Origin: Xylographa opegraphella
Lineage: Eukaryota
NCBI GenBank assembly: GCA_022813865.1
Contig: JALDZX010000021.1
Location: 1-64,000, forward strand
Length of the DNA: 64,000 bases
Reading direction: 5' to 3'
The notes beneath the pieces were generated by a model. That model was not told the DNA's origin. It did no database searches and saw nothing but the letters and a program-made list of their open reading frames with translations. A program made the translations under genes and the position numbers. This document shows positions 11,659 through 23,771 of the stretch, in pieces. Within the stretch, counting starts at the first letter, position 1, and each line of letters begins with the position of its first letter.

Positions 11659-12460
11659 TTTACCAGCGCCGATCTATCGGACGAGGAGTACTTAGTCGTG
11701 GTGTGCTAACTGTTAGATGTCCTGACGGATTGAGGTGGTTGATATGCCTTACAATCGGGTGCGCGCAAAGTTCAGCTTCACGTATGCCCTCCAAATCCTG
11801 CTCATAATTATTTTTATTTATAGACTACAGTGCCTATGCCTGTGAGCAAACACCATCGAAACAGCCAGATCTTCGCCGGCCATATCGATTTACCTGTGCC
11901 AAACTCCCCGAGACCGCAATTTGGCCGATCACGTTTGTGCATTGCTTCCCGATCTGTCTGAGCTATGGGACGGCTGAGGCAGCCCAAGATTTCACCTGAT
12001 GCCTCCGGCCAGATAGGCCACCCAAGCATTTTAAGACACATGACAATCACGATGTTGACGAAGGATACGGTGGAGGCTTTACACTCTGAACGCGTGAGAG
12101 ATGCAGGCGCTGTGTGGCGGTTGTTCCGGCTGGCGGCTGACAAACTTCGGCTTGGGTTTAGTTCAAATGCATTTCTCCCAGCCACATGACGGATTCTGCC
12201 CTCGTACGATTCAACGAGCAAATCAGAATTCTGTCCTGCGATTCCTGCCTCGGAAATGGCTGCAAAGCGGAGATTTTTGCTACTTTGGGACATCTCCATG
12301 CAACAAGAAGAAAGACTCGCTAAGATTGGCCGCAAACCTCCCATTAAGTAGCTCCCCTTCCCTTTCCTCCCCTCAACAACGCGACACACTCATCTCAGCT
12401 GCCTGCTCCGTTCCCAAATCATCACACTTCAGCATCTCCGAACCGCACCAGCAGTGATCT

Positions 12461-13082
12461 TCAGGTTCGGTAATTGTTTCTGGCAGGATCATAGTATCCC
12501 GATGTGTTACTGCGCCCAACAGTACTGGGTCCGGCCCTCGATACTGTGTAGTTGCTCAGCATCATGTATGTTATCACCCTGTCAAGTATCAAGAGCGTCG
12601 AGGCACTACTCACTGTCCTCATCGTCATCGTCCGCGTGAAAGTCCATGCTTTTTGCTTTTCGGTCATTCCTCGCGTCACGATTTCGAAAGAGGTGGTACA
12701 AGAACCACCGGATAATCCAGTTGCGGCTGGTACCGTCTACACCCCAGTTATCGTACCAAGCTCGCACGTTGGGCTGCGCATTGCGATATATTTGAACAAT
12801 CGCATTGTCGATAGCTGATCCTTTCATCTGGTTGTAAGTGAACTTGTCGACAACGCGCGAAAACTCGGGACGAAGATTTGCACGATTGCCACATGTGGCT
12901 TCATAAGCTGTCGCACATTCAGCCTTGGAGGCAATCAGCATATACTGTTGGAGAGCAAGTTGATGGCCTTATACCTTGACTGCTAAGTACACAGCTTCGT
13001 GGGAAGGATTGCCTGATTGAAGTCCTAGAGCTGTCATGAGTCGAGACTTTAGTGCGCTTGGAGGCACGTATGTTGCGGTCAT
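12461..13082 (-). CDS. Uncharacterised small protein, paralogue B (same motif as A)
   Basis: MTATYVPPSALKSRLMTALGL..VYLAVK | intron 12974-12924 | AECATAY..NWIIRWFLYHLFRNRDARNDRK.. | intron 12613-12544 (GTGAGT..CAG) | ..GYYDPARNNYRT*. Confidence 0.78.
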
Positions 13083-14759
13083 GCCTTATAGCGACCTGAT
13101 CAGAAGTTGTTGAGGGTAAGCTTCGATCGGCAGTGCTGCTTCTACATCAAAGCATTCTACTTGATACTTGCGCAATGGAAGAATTGTCTGTTGAGATGCA
13201 GAGTGGTGCGAGTGCTCCAGATGTGGTGTCTTATAGCAGGAGTTGTCGAAGGAGTACCACAGTCTCGACCAGGTTATATGTCTAACAGGCAAACAAGGTT
13301 TGGCCATAGCCTGCTTACCGTAACCTTGGCCATAACATATCACTTCCTCAGGTAGTTGAGGGCACGAGCTTAACAAGTCAAATTCGTCGCATATTAAGGT
13401 GAAATTTAGTGCCTTCTTCTGCTTGCTGCCGTCGACATTGCATCCCCGTCGAAGCCTTGTATGAGACTTCTGATTTGATGACAAGAGTCGGAGCAAGGGG
13501 TAGCACTGAGGTCTCTCATGTACCTTAGAGTGCCTGCTTGCTGCGAGGTCTCGAGTCAGGCCGCCAACGGCGTTGCTGATAAGTACCCACACGTTTGTAT
13601 CTACAGTCACAAATTTCCCGGCCACGATATCAACATGGGCCGTAATGTGAAGGTGTAGAACAATATTTTCAGCGGACGATTGCACCTCTTGATTTACATT
13701 TATCTGTGCAATCTCGACGATCATCAAGATCGTGTCCTGGACATTGTGTCCGGAGCAAGACTGGCACTTCTTGGCCCCTCAGCTTCCCGAGCTGTCTCCT
13801 TCACCTATACGGTTTGCTATCCTTATAGTTTTCATCGTGTTTCGTGTGGCAGCTCGGAGACGAAGATCGGGGTATAGAATCTTTTCTGGTCACACAAGGG
13901 AGGGACCGAGCACTGCATACTGCCGCCAATCTCAAGCGCAGGGCCTCGACCATTGCATGTCATCCCGAGGTAATCAGGGCGGCCCTTTGGTTTGTTCAGG
14001 CTTTGCGCTGTTTGCCTTGCTCCCACGGTAATGCAAGTTTCCAGGCCCGGATGTCGAAAATGTTCTCCTGTGGAGAAAAAAGGGGCCAAGCCTGCAGATC
14101 TGACTCGTCGCCACGACTGCGGAAATGCCTCGTTCAATCAAGCACAGCCATCCATGGATCATAACATTAGGTTACAGGTGTCAAACCGACACGATTTATA
14201 GGTATCATGGATCTTGGAAAGGCAGCCGCAAATGCAGTACCAAGAATAGATCACTGCACAGCTTGCCTCTGCTCACTACTCACCAAAGGAATCTACTATA
14301 TGCCCCTCAGTCGCAACGCAATCTGCCTCAAAAGGCCACAAGGCGTCCAGATGTTGCAGGCATCGCCACGCGATCGCTAACTTGACCCACAATTTCCACC
14401 GCTTGGCAGATGTATCGTGAAGGAACCATTCGACGCCTAAAATTGTACCGTGTCAAATCCCCAGAATCAGGCAACATCACGGCCCCAGCCCGTTGATGCT
14501 GTCCTATCGAATGGTGCTTGTGTATCACGACCTGTCAGGGGAGCACATGAGATCATGCGCTTCCTAACATAAGACAGCAATTAAAGTGTCAGTAACAGTC
14601 TGGATCTACGTCTGGTATGTGCGGATGAGTTCTTTATTGTGGCTTTGCTATACCATCCCACGCATACCCCTAAACCGCTACGAACGATCTCACACGAGAG
14701 CACTTTCCTTTTTTGCCTCCTCAACTCCTATCACTGAAGGGAGACCAGGCGACAGGCCC

Positions 14760-17700
14760 TCAGAGCGGTAAATCTTGAAGCTTAGCGTCGCACCATCCGT
14801 TCCGAGCTGAGAGGATATATCCTACCGCAGCCTCCAGCTGGACAGTGTTCCAACCATGTACTGGCTGCCAACGCTGCAATAGGCTTTTGACCCCCACTCC
14901 ATCGCATATAGATCGAATCTCCGTGATCAAACGGGTATCCAGGAGGCGGATGTAGGGAAGATCGGCTCGGGTATTGGTTCGTCCGTCGCCGCCGTGATTT
15001 GACTCATTACGTGATCGTCGACGATTGTCCTCGGTCGTCTTTTCACCTTTGCCCGACGCCATGGCACATTCACCTATGTGTTACTAGCCCGACGCATATC
15101 CAGTAATAGTCTCATCAGCTTTCGTGAAACAGTCTAATCCATCGGACGTGAACGCGAAGGAGATATTGGGCATGTTCGTATCGTCTGGATTCATGGCTTC
15201 TTCGCATCCAGACATAGCATACTCTTGCCCATCTCTATCTACTACCACTCATTCTATCTCTCTTCGCTGAGCATTTATGCCGTCAAATACTGTTATTGGA
15301 AGAGTTGGATCGATGCAAACAACTCTCCGGATAGCATTCATTAGTACATCAGCGTGCAATGTTGTTCCATTCTCTCCGTGCCTTGGTCTCAAATTCTACG
15401 AGTCATGTCCTGTGACTGATAGCGTCTAATATCTTCTGTATATATCAGGAACAGCCTGCTTGCTTATATGATCTAGGCTAGCATATCGTGTCGTATCTCC
15501 ACTCCACTGGCCACCACTCCGACCGCAAGTACAAGCCTCAATTTTGATCCCACAACCGGTGCTAATACCACTCGTGTCGCCGCTCCCATTGCCACACAGT
15601 AGCGTTCAGCCATGTGGAGAAGCTACCCGAAACGTGCCTCGTCACGCAATGGTTTTTGGACCCAGTGCCAGTGCACCTTGATTTCTTCTTCGAAGCACGA
15701 CAACGACCTTGGCCAGATTACAGCAAAGTCATAGCATATATCGTGCAGAAGGTTGAGGAGTAAGATCCTGGTCCTTTACGACGATAAAGCCGAATATGCT
15801 AGTACCATCAGTTTGTGTACGGGAAATTTATGCCAGGGATTGCTTCGATCCTCTCGGTCTCCGTTTCCACTCTTGGGATATCGACACGTGGACACAACGC
15901 TGAAGCCCTGAGTTTAGCAGTAGCACCACCAACAAAAGCGGCATTATATGGTTTCACTAGGGAAATAGCTAAACTTATTGGGCCGAAGACCGTTTCGCGA
16001 TTACTCAACTGCCGCAATAACCTCTCAATAGGTTGTTCCAATTTTCTGACGCTAGTTTTCAGGATGTCACGTAGCAAAGTGGATTTGAGAAAATATATAG
16101 TAGAGTCGGACCGGGTCAATTCTCGAGCATGTAAATACGCGGCTGCGGCAGCAGTCCTTACCTGCTGATATTACATTTTAGTGTCTTGCGGCTGTCAGTA
16201 GAGCTGGATCCTCTGAAGATTAGTTAGCAAACCCCCTGAAACCCTCCATTAATTCATTACATAGATAAGGACTCCCCGAATGCACAATTAAGGAGTATAA
16301 ATGTAGTATCTACTGGAGGATTAGAGGATAGTCTCAATTATTTAATTATCTTATGCGCTTCCCGTTTTTACGGTCGACAGGAGCACTATCCGATCCGTTG
16401 CGAACTTCCGTACTGCCATATGGAGTTTAGCATCACGAGGTCAACTCCCTGATACGGTACACAACCATCGAATATGCCTGTTAAACGCAGCACTTGAGAA
16501 TGGAGGCTTATTACTCCCATAGCGAGAGGAGGCAAGCAACCCATTCCTGGCTCTCACTTTGCAATCCTGCTGAATATGAACGATGGTATCGAAATCCAGT
16601 TTCTCCTGAAATGAGGAAAAGGGTTGATGTGGCGGAGTAGAAGCCGAAGCTTGGTCGACTTTTGTGTATGAGCTAGGATTATCTCGTTGGGGCTCGGGCA
16701 ATCTGCCAGGTAGTCTTGGGTAAAGTGCATCAAGCACAGCTAGCCTTGCTGCAGATATGCAAGTATCCCATCAACGGTCAGCAGCAGATTGCATAGGAAA
16801 ACGGGGAATGAGCCAGGAAGACGGTGGAAGCATGTGCGCTATGATTCGACTTGTCACTCGCGCTGTGGAGATCGGAGGTGGAAATATTTACGTTTGTGTA
16901 GATAGTTGCTTCTGATTATCTATGGGAGAAATACAGAACACTATTGCGCCACGATCCCCGGATTTTGTGCTGGCTCTTCGACATTAGTCGACCCTTCATG
17001 ATATTGAGGATGGCAGACAAGAGACCGAAGTCGGAATCGGTCAGGACGAAGACGTGCACCAGCACAAGTTGCCTTTGAAGTTCTCGAAGGGAATAATGCT
17101 CCACGAAGTACACCACCGATTACCAATGCAGACAGTGACGCCTATTCCACTCATCTTCGATACTCGCAACAATAGGTGCCTGCTGACCAAGGGCTTTCGT
17201 CACTGATCAGAAGAAAAAGAACACTTTCGGCATTTTGCGAGGAGTCTCGATATCTTAGGCGCGTTGTTGAGGACGACGTGGCACATCGTTGCCTCACTTC
17301 CATCCATTCTCTTCACTGTCGCTGGCTGCTATGCTCCCAACACGGCTATGCTGACCTCAGGTTGGACCGCCGTTTTCCAGCCGTGAGTATCATGCGAAGT
17401 ATTTCGCTCCAATCGAAACGAGAGAAGGGAGCAGCCTGTCCAGATAGGTAAATTCCATCTAAGATATTTCAAAAGTGTGCGTCCAAATGATACGCACTGG
17501 ATTCTGTAGGCTATACTGGGTATCGTGCCCTGCTATAGCTGAGAAGCACATATCTCAGAGTTCTTCGGACATGAAGAGTTTGTTGAGAATACGACTGGCA
17601 TTCCTCTGTTTGGAGAGTGCTTCCCAAAGCAAGTCTCGATACGATGCTTTTTTTCTCATTATACTCTTCTAGCGACCTGCTTTTCTCTGTGGTATTCTGC

Positions 17701-20000
17701 GCGGTTTCGCTCTCGAATCAGTAAAGATATTGCGCTCCTTTCAAAATCGTACCCAGCCCAGGCTGCCGGTAAGCACCACCGCTCACCGATAGCCTAAAAG
17801 TTTTTGTTTTTGTTCATCGTTTTATAGCTCATCATATTTCGAAGAATATGATTTTAACTTTTGACTACAAGGGCTGTGGACGAGTGTCAGTCGACGAACT
17901 TTGTGTCTCTTTTGTTCAAGCCGGTTCCTTGTGACGGCAGAAGTGGCAAGAAGATCAATGGCTTCCAGCAAACCTGAAGGTTGGTGCTAACAGGCTTCAG
18001 TACGAGCTCGTTGATATAACTAACTTGATCACAATTCGAGGCCAATTCGGCTTCTGTAAGGTTTGAAATGTTTCCCACGTCGATGATGGACGAAATCTGT
18101 CATTGGCCCGGAGCTCTTGTGGGTGGTTATCGGCCATGTTCTTCTCTAGTCGTGGGTGAGCATAGCCTGCCGACAAGGGCTTCCAGTCACAGGCGGCCTA
18201 TGCTGTTTGACTCTGCTCCAAAGGCTGTGGATGATTGCATGACACCGTTTGGCCGTAAACGTCTTCGATCAGTCTCCTATTTTTGTCCAGCTTCCTCCGT
18301 CACACATCATGGACAGAAGTTGCCCGGATCGCTACAATGGCCGGCATCAGTGACTCGGACGCTGGAGTCGACAGCCACTTATCAACTCGCGCTCGCAGGT
18401 GCAGCCTGCATCACCAACTGATCGTTGGCATTGGAGCATTTGACCGTTTCGCAGAAGCTTCGTCCAGGTCATCGGAACTTCACACAAACCACCGTCGGGC
18501 ATTCAAATCCTTCCAGAATTGCCGAGTTCGCTTGGTGCTGATGATGATGCACAAGGCACCTGGACCAGAGGTCTGCCGTCGACGATACGTAATAGAACCG
18601 GTTTAATGGGCAGGAATGCGGTGAAAAATTGATATCGTGTGGCCCGATTCCAGCTGCTGAACTCCAACAATCGCTGGAAGACTTGTTATCTACGGGACTT
18701 GTTGCCCCGGTCGAGCTCTTGTACCAAATCATTAGACCAATTCCCACCAAGAGTCCTTTTACATTTCTCAACTGGAACCGGAGTTCAATACGATTGTAAA
18801 ATGGACGTGAAAAAACCAACCCGTGTTCGACGTTATCTTCCATTCGCTGTGTCCTAATTCGCCATCCAAGGAGCAATAAAACGTGCAGAAGAGCGAACAC
18901 AGCAGCAGGTGAAGAACAATGCCTCAAGCGTAAGATCGAAGAGAGGAGGTTTCTGAAGAGATTCTAGCCTTTCTCTTTTGAGGAGGTGATGCAAGCACTC
19001 CCTTTCGTGGTGTAAAAGTAGGATGCTTGCATCGCATACTTCCACGGAGCAGCCATAACTGTCAAGCCATATCAATGAAAACCGATACTGTTCTGGATTC
19101 GACAAAAATAATCCGCAAAGTGAAGACTTCTCGATAGCACTTGTCCCACACGAGGTCTCTCGTGGCGATGAATCTCTCCGAGGCAACAGAAACCGACAGA
19201 GCCTGAACAGCGTATTGGGTTTGTTCTTTAAAGACGTGAAGTTAGAGAGTCCCCATGGACTCCTAGAACTTCGTTGTCACTCTGACGCTCTCTTTACCAC
19301 GAAATGACCGCAGACACAGCTTTCCCCAAGCTGAGCTGTTTCGATCGCAAGAGGCTGCTTTGCCTGGCCCAGGTTGGCTCTGGAGCAATGATGACGAGGG
19401 AAAGGAGAAAGAAGATGAAAAAGAGGAAGTGTTGGTCGAGAGGGAGGAAGTCAAGATCAGCCAGAGGTGCTTTTGCTGTAAGCACTCAGATGGACCTAAT
19501 CCCTGGACCGTAGGAACCAACCTGTTGTGGCTGCTGCTGTGGCTGCTGGTTTGGTCTACCTACAGTTAAGAAATCAGCACGATCAATATCAAACTACAGA
19601 ATACCTTACAATTATTGCGCCCTGAGCGGACAATAGATGATTGGGATCGCCACCGCACCATGGGCCCTCCTAGACTGATTCGATAATAAGTGTCAGTTGG
19701 ATCATCAAGATTGGAACCATCAAGAACATGTTTACCAAGGAGATATCCGAGGAAACGATTATCGTGCTCCTCGGATCAGACCTATCGATGTGCTGTTCGG
19801 TACTGTCAGTACGATCGTTGTCAGACGGAGCAAGAAGTGTCTGCATACGTGAAAAGCAGCCACGGGGAACATTGAGCGTGTGAGCTTGTCCTGGTTCTGT
19901 AAGAAGGCTCTCACCCCTCGTGACGGTCTGCATCAATCCAAGGAGTCAGCAAGGTCGTCCTCAGACGATAACAAGGTCGCCTACGAAGCTGGTGTCAGGC
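14760..20000 (-). pseudogene. Probable large decayed gene relic(s), family unidentified
   Basis: No intact long ORF. Protein-like fragments on the minus strand are broken by in-frame stops and frameshifts (e.g. RIQLY*QPQDTKM*YQQVRTAAAAAYLHARELTRS.. leading into ORF 15808-16119; MQSAADR*WDTCISAARLAVLDALYPRLPG..). Intron-like signals at about 19609-19560 (GTAAGG..GCTGAT..TAG) and 16260-16213 (GTAATG..GCTAAC..CAG). Confidence 0.35.
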
Positions 20001-20451
20001 AGAAAAGTAAGAGATCGAAGAAAGCTTCGTGAGAGGACGTTTATCAAAGGAAAGCAGTGTCACGATATATATCGTCTACATTGCTTCATATATAGATGAG
20101 CGTAGAAGAAGTAGGACGACCGAGGTCTTAGAAGAGGACCACGCCGAGTCCAGAATGTTGTTTGCTGGCAAACACTTGGGGTCCGTCGTCAGGATCACTT
20201 CACTACACCCGTGTGCTGCAAGCGAACCATAGCATCACGTTCATCGTTCATTAATCTGTCGCTAAGTCATGCTTACCGTTACACCGCAACCAAGGAAAGT
20301 GGCCGGATTCACGATATCCAATCTGCCGTGTCCAAAGTCCACGCCGGCCCCACTTTACCCACCGTCCTCTCAGGGGCAAACGTTGCCTCATATCTCATTA
20401 TCGTGCCCCCTTTCAAATCGTCACATCACCAGGCCAAAGGAACAGCCCCAT

Positions 20452-23146
20452 CTACATCCACCCATCGTCTGTGAATCCTCCAACCTCCAGCTTGAGCTCC
20501 CCCACCTCCAGCTTCGACACTTCCAGCTTTGGTGCGAGATCCTTCTTCTTCGGGCTGCTCCTAGCTCGTGCCCTGACTTCGTCCCTTTTCGGTCCTTCTC
20601 GGACCTCACTGCACGCCCATCCATCCTCCCGTGCAGCTCCGACCCATGTTATCAACCCCGCATGAACACCACCATAGAATTTCTCCTTGCAGGTACGGAG
20701 ACTACCACCCATTACCTTCTCGAACCCACTATCCCTCAACTCTGTCCGAAGCGAGTTGCGTTCTTCGAGAGTAGGCAAAGATGCGATGAGACCGTTGAGA
20801 AGGTCAAGGTGTGTCGCGAGGTATGTCGTCGCTTCCCACTCGACGCCCCCCACATACGGAGCTGCAGCAACAGGAGGTCTTGCTTTTGGGTAATGGGCGA
20901 TTTGGTAGGAAGCAGATGAATCCGGTAAAGGGGGATACGGAATAACATTGAGATGGTGGAGAAAGATCCAGAAGACTTCCTTTGTGACGTCTGAAACTTC
21001 CTTGCACCAGATTTTGTACGGCCTTGCCGTACGCATTTGATCGATAAACCCTGGTGGCCGCTCCTCTTCCTTTGGAACCGGGTCACGAAGGTAAGAGAGT
21101 ATTGTGTAAGCTCGAGCGGCAGTCTCATGTGCTGGACGATTGGAAATATAGATGAAAAGAAGAGATATGATGATTCCACGCGTGGAGAATTCAGCTGGAC
21201 CCTTCTTCTCTTCACCTGCCGAAAATAGAAGACGTAGAAGTGTAGGAAAGAGGGATCGTTGAATGTCGTCCAATTGGGACAAAGCGAGCGATGTGGTAAA
21301 CAGCGCTTTCAAGCACATAAGGGTGTGGTGGAGAAGTGTATCTTCGTGTTCCTCTCTATGTTTGTTGTTAGTACTCATGTAGCTTCCCTTGTCTGGAAAG
21401 TCGAGACTAACCTCCATTCTATATCGATAATTCGATACAACAACCCTACAATCTCCACCATTCCGCCCTGTACAATAAATGAATTAACCCAAGATACAGT
21501 TTCGTTCCGGAGTAATTGTCGTAGTTTTTGCAATCGTCCGACTTCCACATATTGGGGTCTCTGTACTTTACGCAGATACTTGACAAAATCTTCAGGAACA
21601 GATTGCTTCGAAGGGTTTAACAGATGGCCCAAACTCTGCGATAAACCAGGACTGGCTAGTGATGAAGCAGAAGCTGAAGGTACTATACTGGCTGACTTCG
21701 TTCTCTCATGTAAAGCTAATCGTTCTCCTTTTTTTCTGCCGAATGAGTGGTTACCTTTACTTATCGTAAACGTCAGACTTCTTGGCCTGGACTTCTTATG
21801 GCTTTCAGGCTCATTGATTGCATGCGCGCTGGGTCCTTTCCGGAAAGTCTTGCTTTCAGATTTTGGTATCTTTGCTGTACTTGGTCTCGATGTGCAAACA
21901 GGTTCGACGGGGGTGCCGGCTACAGTGAAGGCAGAGCCGGTGTTATGCTGCCTAATGAAATCTGCTTTTATGTTCGTGTCCAGTGTTCTCATTTTTTCCC
22001 TCACGTTCGGTTCGGCGTTTCGAGATTCCTATGGAGATTAGTATATATACTACATACATGCTAGAAGGGGTTGACACGCACCAGAAGAGCTTCAAAGGCG
22101 CTCTCCACGGCCTCAGGATTCATCTGTTCCGCTTTGCTCTCGACGATCGGCTCTTTTGCATTATTATTCAATTTCGCCACTGCTGCCATCACTCTTGATC
22201 CTCGCTTGGTCATTGTTAGACCTGACTGCGAGGAATCGTTGCTAATTTTACGCAATTCTGTGCTCGACCTTCTGCATGAGAATATATCGTCATCTTGCCC
22301 TTCAGTATCCAATGGGGACTCTTTGTTTTGTTTCCGACTCAACTTACGCAATCCGGAGATAGTCTCTGCAAATGAAGTAGACGATTTACTCGAAGGTAAG
22401 TAAGCTGAAGTCGGCCGAGCTCTGGAACTGGCTTTACTTGACAATGTTGGCAGCTCGTTTTGAAAGTTACGTCCTTTTGAGGGTGAATATTCATTTGGTG
22501 TGTACAATGCCACTTCGTCGCGAATATTCTGTCGATCATTCAGTGACACTTTCTGACTAAGTCCCAAGTCGACCTTCTGTGCACTGGCGAATTGCGCCCA
22601 GATGGGTGGTGGATTTCCGTCTGCTGAATTAGGTGGGGCTCGGTTCTCTTTATCTTTCTGCTGGTGTTGACCCTGAAGTTTGAGGTTCTTCGACGACTTC
22701 GGTCTTGCTAAGAACGCTGGAAAACTGGTAGATGACTTGGATTTTTTCAATTTATTGTCTGTCTCTGACGATTCATCTTTGCCTTCCAAGACACTGCCCT
22801 GATATTTGCCGCAAGGTTGTCGATTCTCTCCATCGACGGCACTCTTCTCCCTTCCATTGCTGTATACGTCTTGGGGACATGCCGGTGAAGACCTGGTCCG
22901 TTCACGATTTTGATTGACTTCTCCCAGCGGCAGGCTGACGTAAGGGTGATCTGGTGGCAGTATAGGTGACGTTTTGCTCGATCGGAGCGCAGGTGGCCTC
23001 ATGCTCGTCAACTTGGTGGGACTTGCTGAAGCACCACCGGCAGGACTTGGCTTTTGGTTGCGAGGCAGCATGGCTCTGAAGACGGAGGTCGGTTTCTTCT
23101 GTTGATCAAGCCCACTATTTGCCGGTGGATACTTGAAAGGATCCAT
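20452..23146 (-). CDS. Formin-type GTPase-binding (GBD/FH3) domain protein, Rid1-like; no FH2 domain seen
   Basis: PEDFVKYL, LQKLRQLLRNETVSWVNSFIVQGG, EWREEHEDTLLH..LMCLKAL, WCKEVSDVTKEVFWIFLH, PYVGGVEWEATTY, LRTCKEKFY. Introns 22081-22029 and 21411-21356. Confidence 0.8.
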
Positions 23147-23432
23147 GTTCGAGAAGGGTCTGTGGAAGGCCAATCTGAAACGCGTTCAACAATTTCTCAT
23201 GCTCGTGAAGCAGCTTGCAAATTGTCTTCGTAGAGCCAATGAGGATGAGTGATGTCTAGTTCATTATTCTTGAGTATGAAATATTGCTACTTTAAAGCTG
23301 TAGACTGTGAGAGAAGCTCGAGAAGAGTTGCTGTCGAAATGCAGTGCTTAACGACCACACTATCCGCTATGAGGGCCGTGTCTGTGTTTATGATTTGGCC
23401 ATTCCGAAAACGCAGCGTTGTCTAGGCAACCC

Positions 23433-23449
23433 TTATCGATAACCACGTG
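23433..23449. promoter_or_regulatory. Palindromic TTATCGATAA (paired GATA) next to a CACGTG E-box in the divergent Rid1-like/NRAMP promoter
   Basis: Sequence ccTTATCGATAAcCACGTGc, with a CCAAT box about 8 nt further on; motif match only. Confidence 0.3.
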
Positions 23450-23771
23450 CCGGTGGGCCAATGAAACACAGCCACACCTGTTCATATTTTCATATTTTCG
23501 TTCAATACTTCGTACGCCAGTCATCTACCTAGGCACTGACGTGCTACGGTTGTTGACTATCCTGTGATACCGCTGCCAGAGCCCGCACTTCTCTTCAGAG
23601 CGTAGATTGTGGGGAAGATCTAAAAACGGCTTGACTACCTAACTTACCTAAGTTTAGGGGGCGGTTTCTTCCGAAAAACTCGTGCCGCCTTTCCTTTTGA
23701 GGTCAGATTGACATGACTTCATCTCCTCCATCACTTGCGTCTTTCTTCCTGTCTTCCTTACAACACGTACC

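Noticed and set aside
11814..12389. 191-aa ORF between paralogues A and B
   Set aside because: No recognisable motif, and no splice combination I could find joins it in frame to A or B.
13844..14164. ALHTAA..HPEVI ankyrin-like words
   Set aside because: Single poor match with wrong spacing and no neighbouring repeats.
21259..22041. 260-aa plus-strand ORF
   Set aside because: Antisense shadow of the Rid1-like gene.
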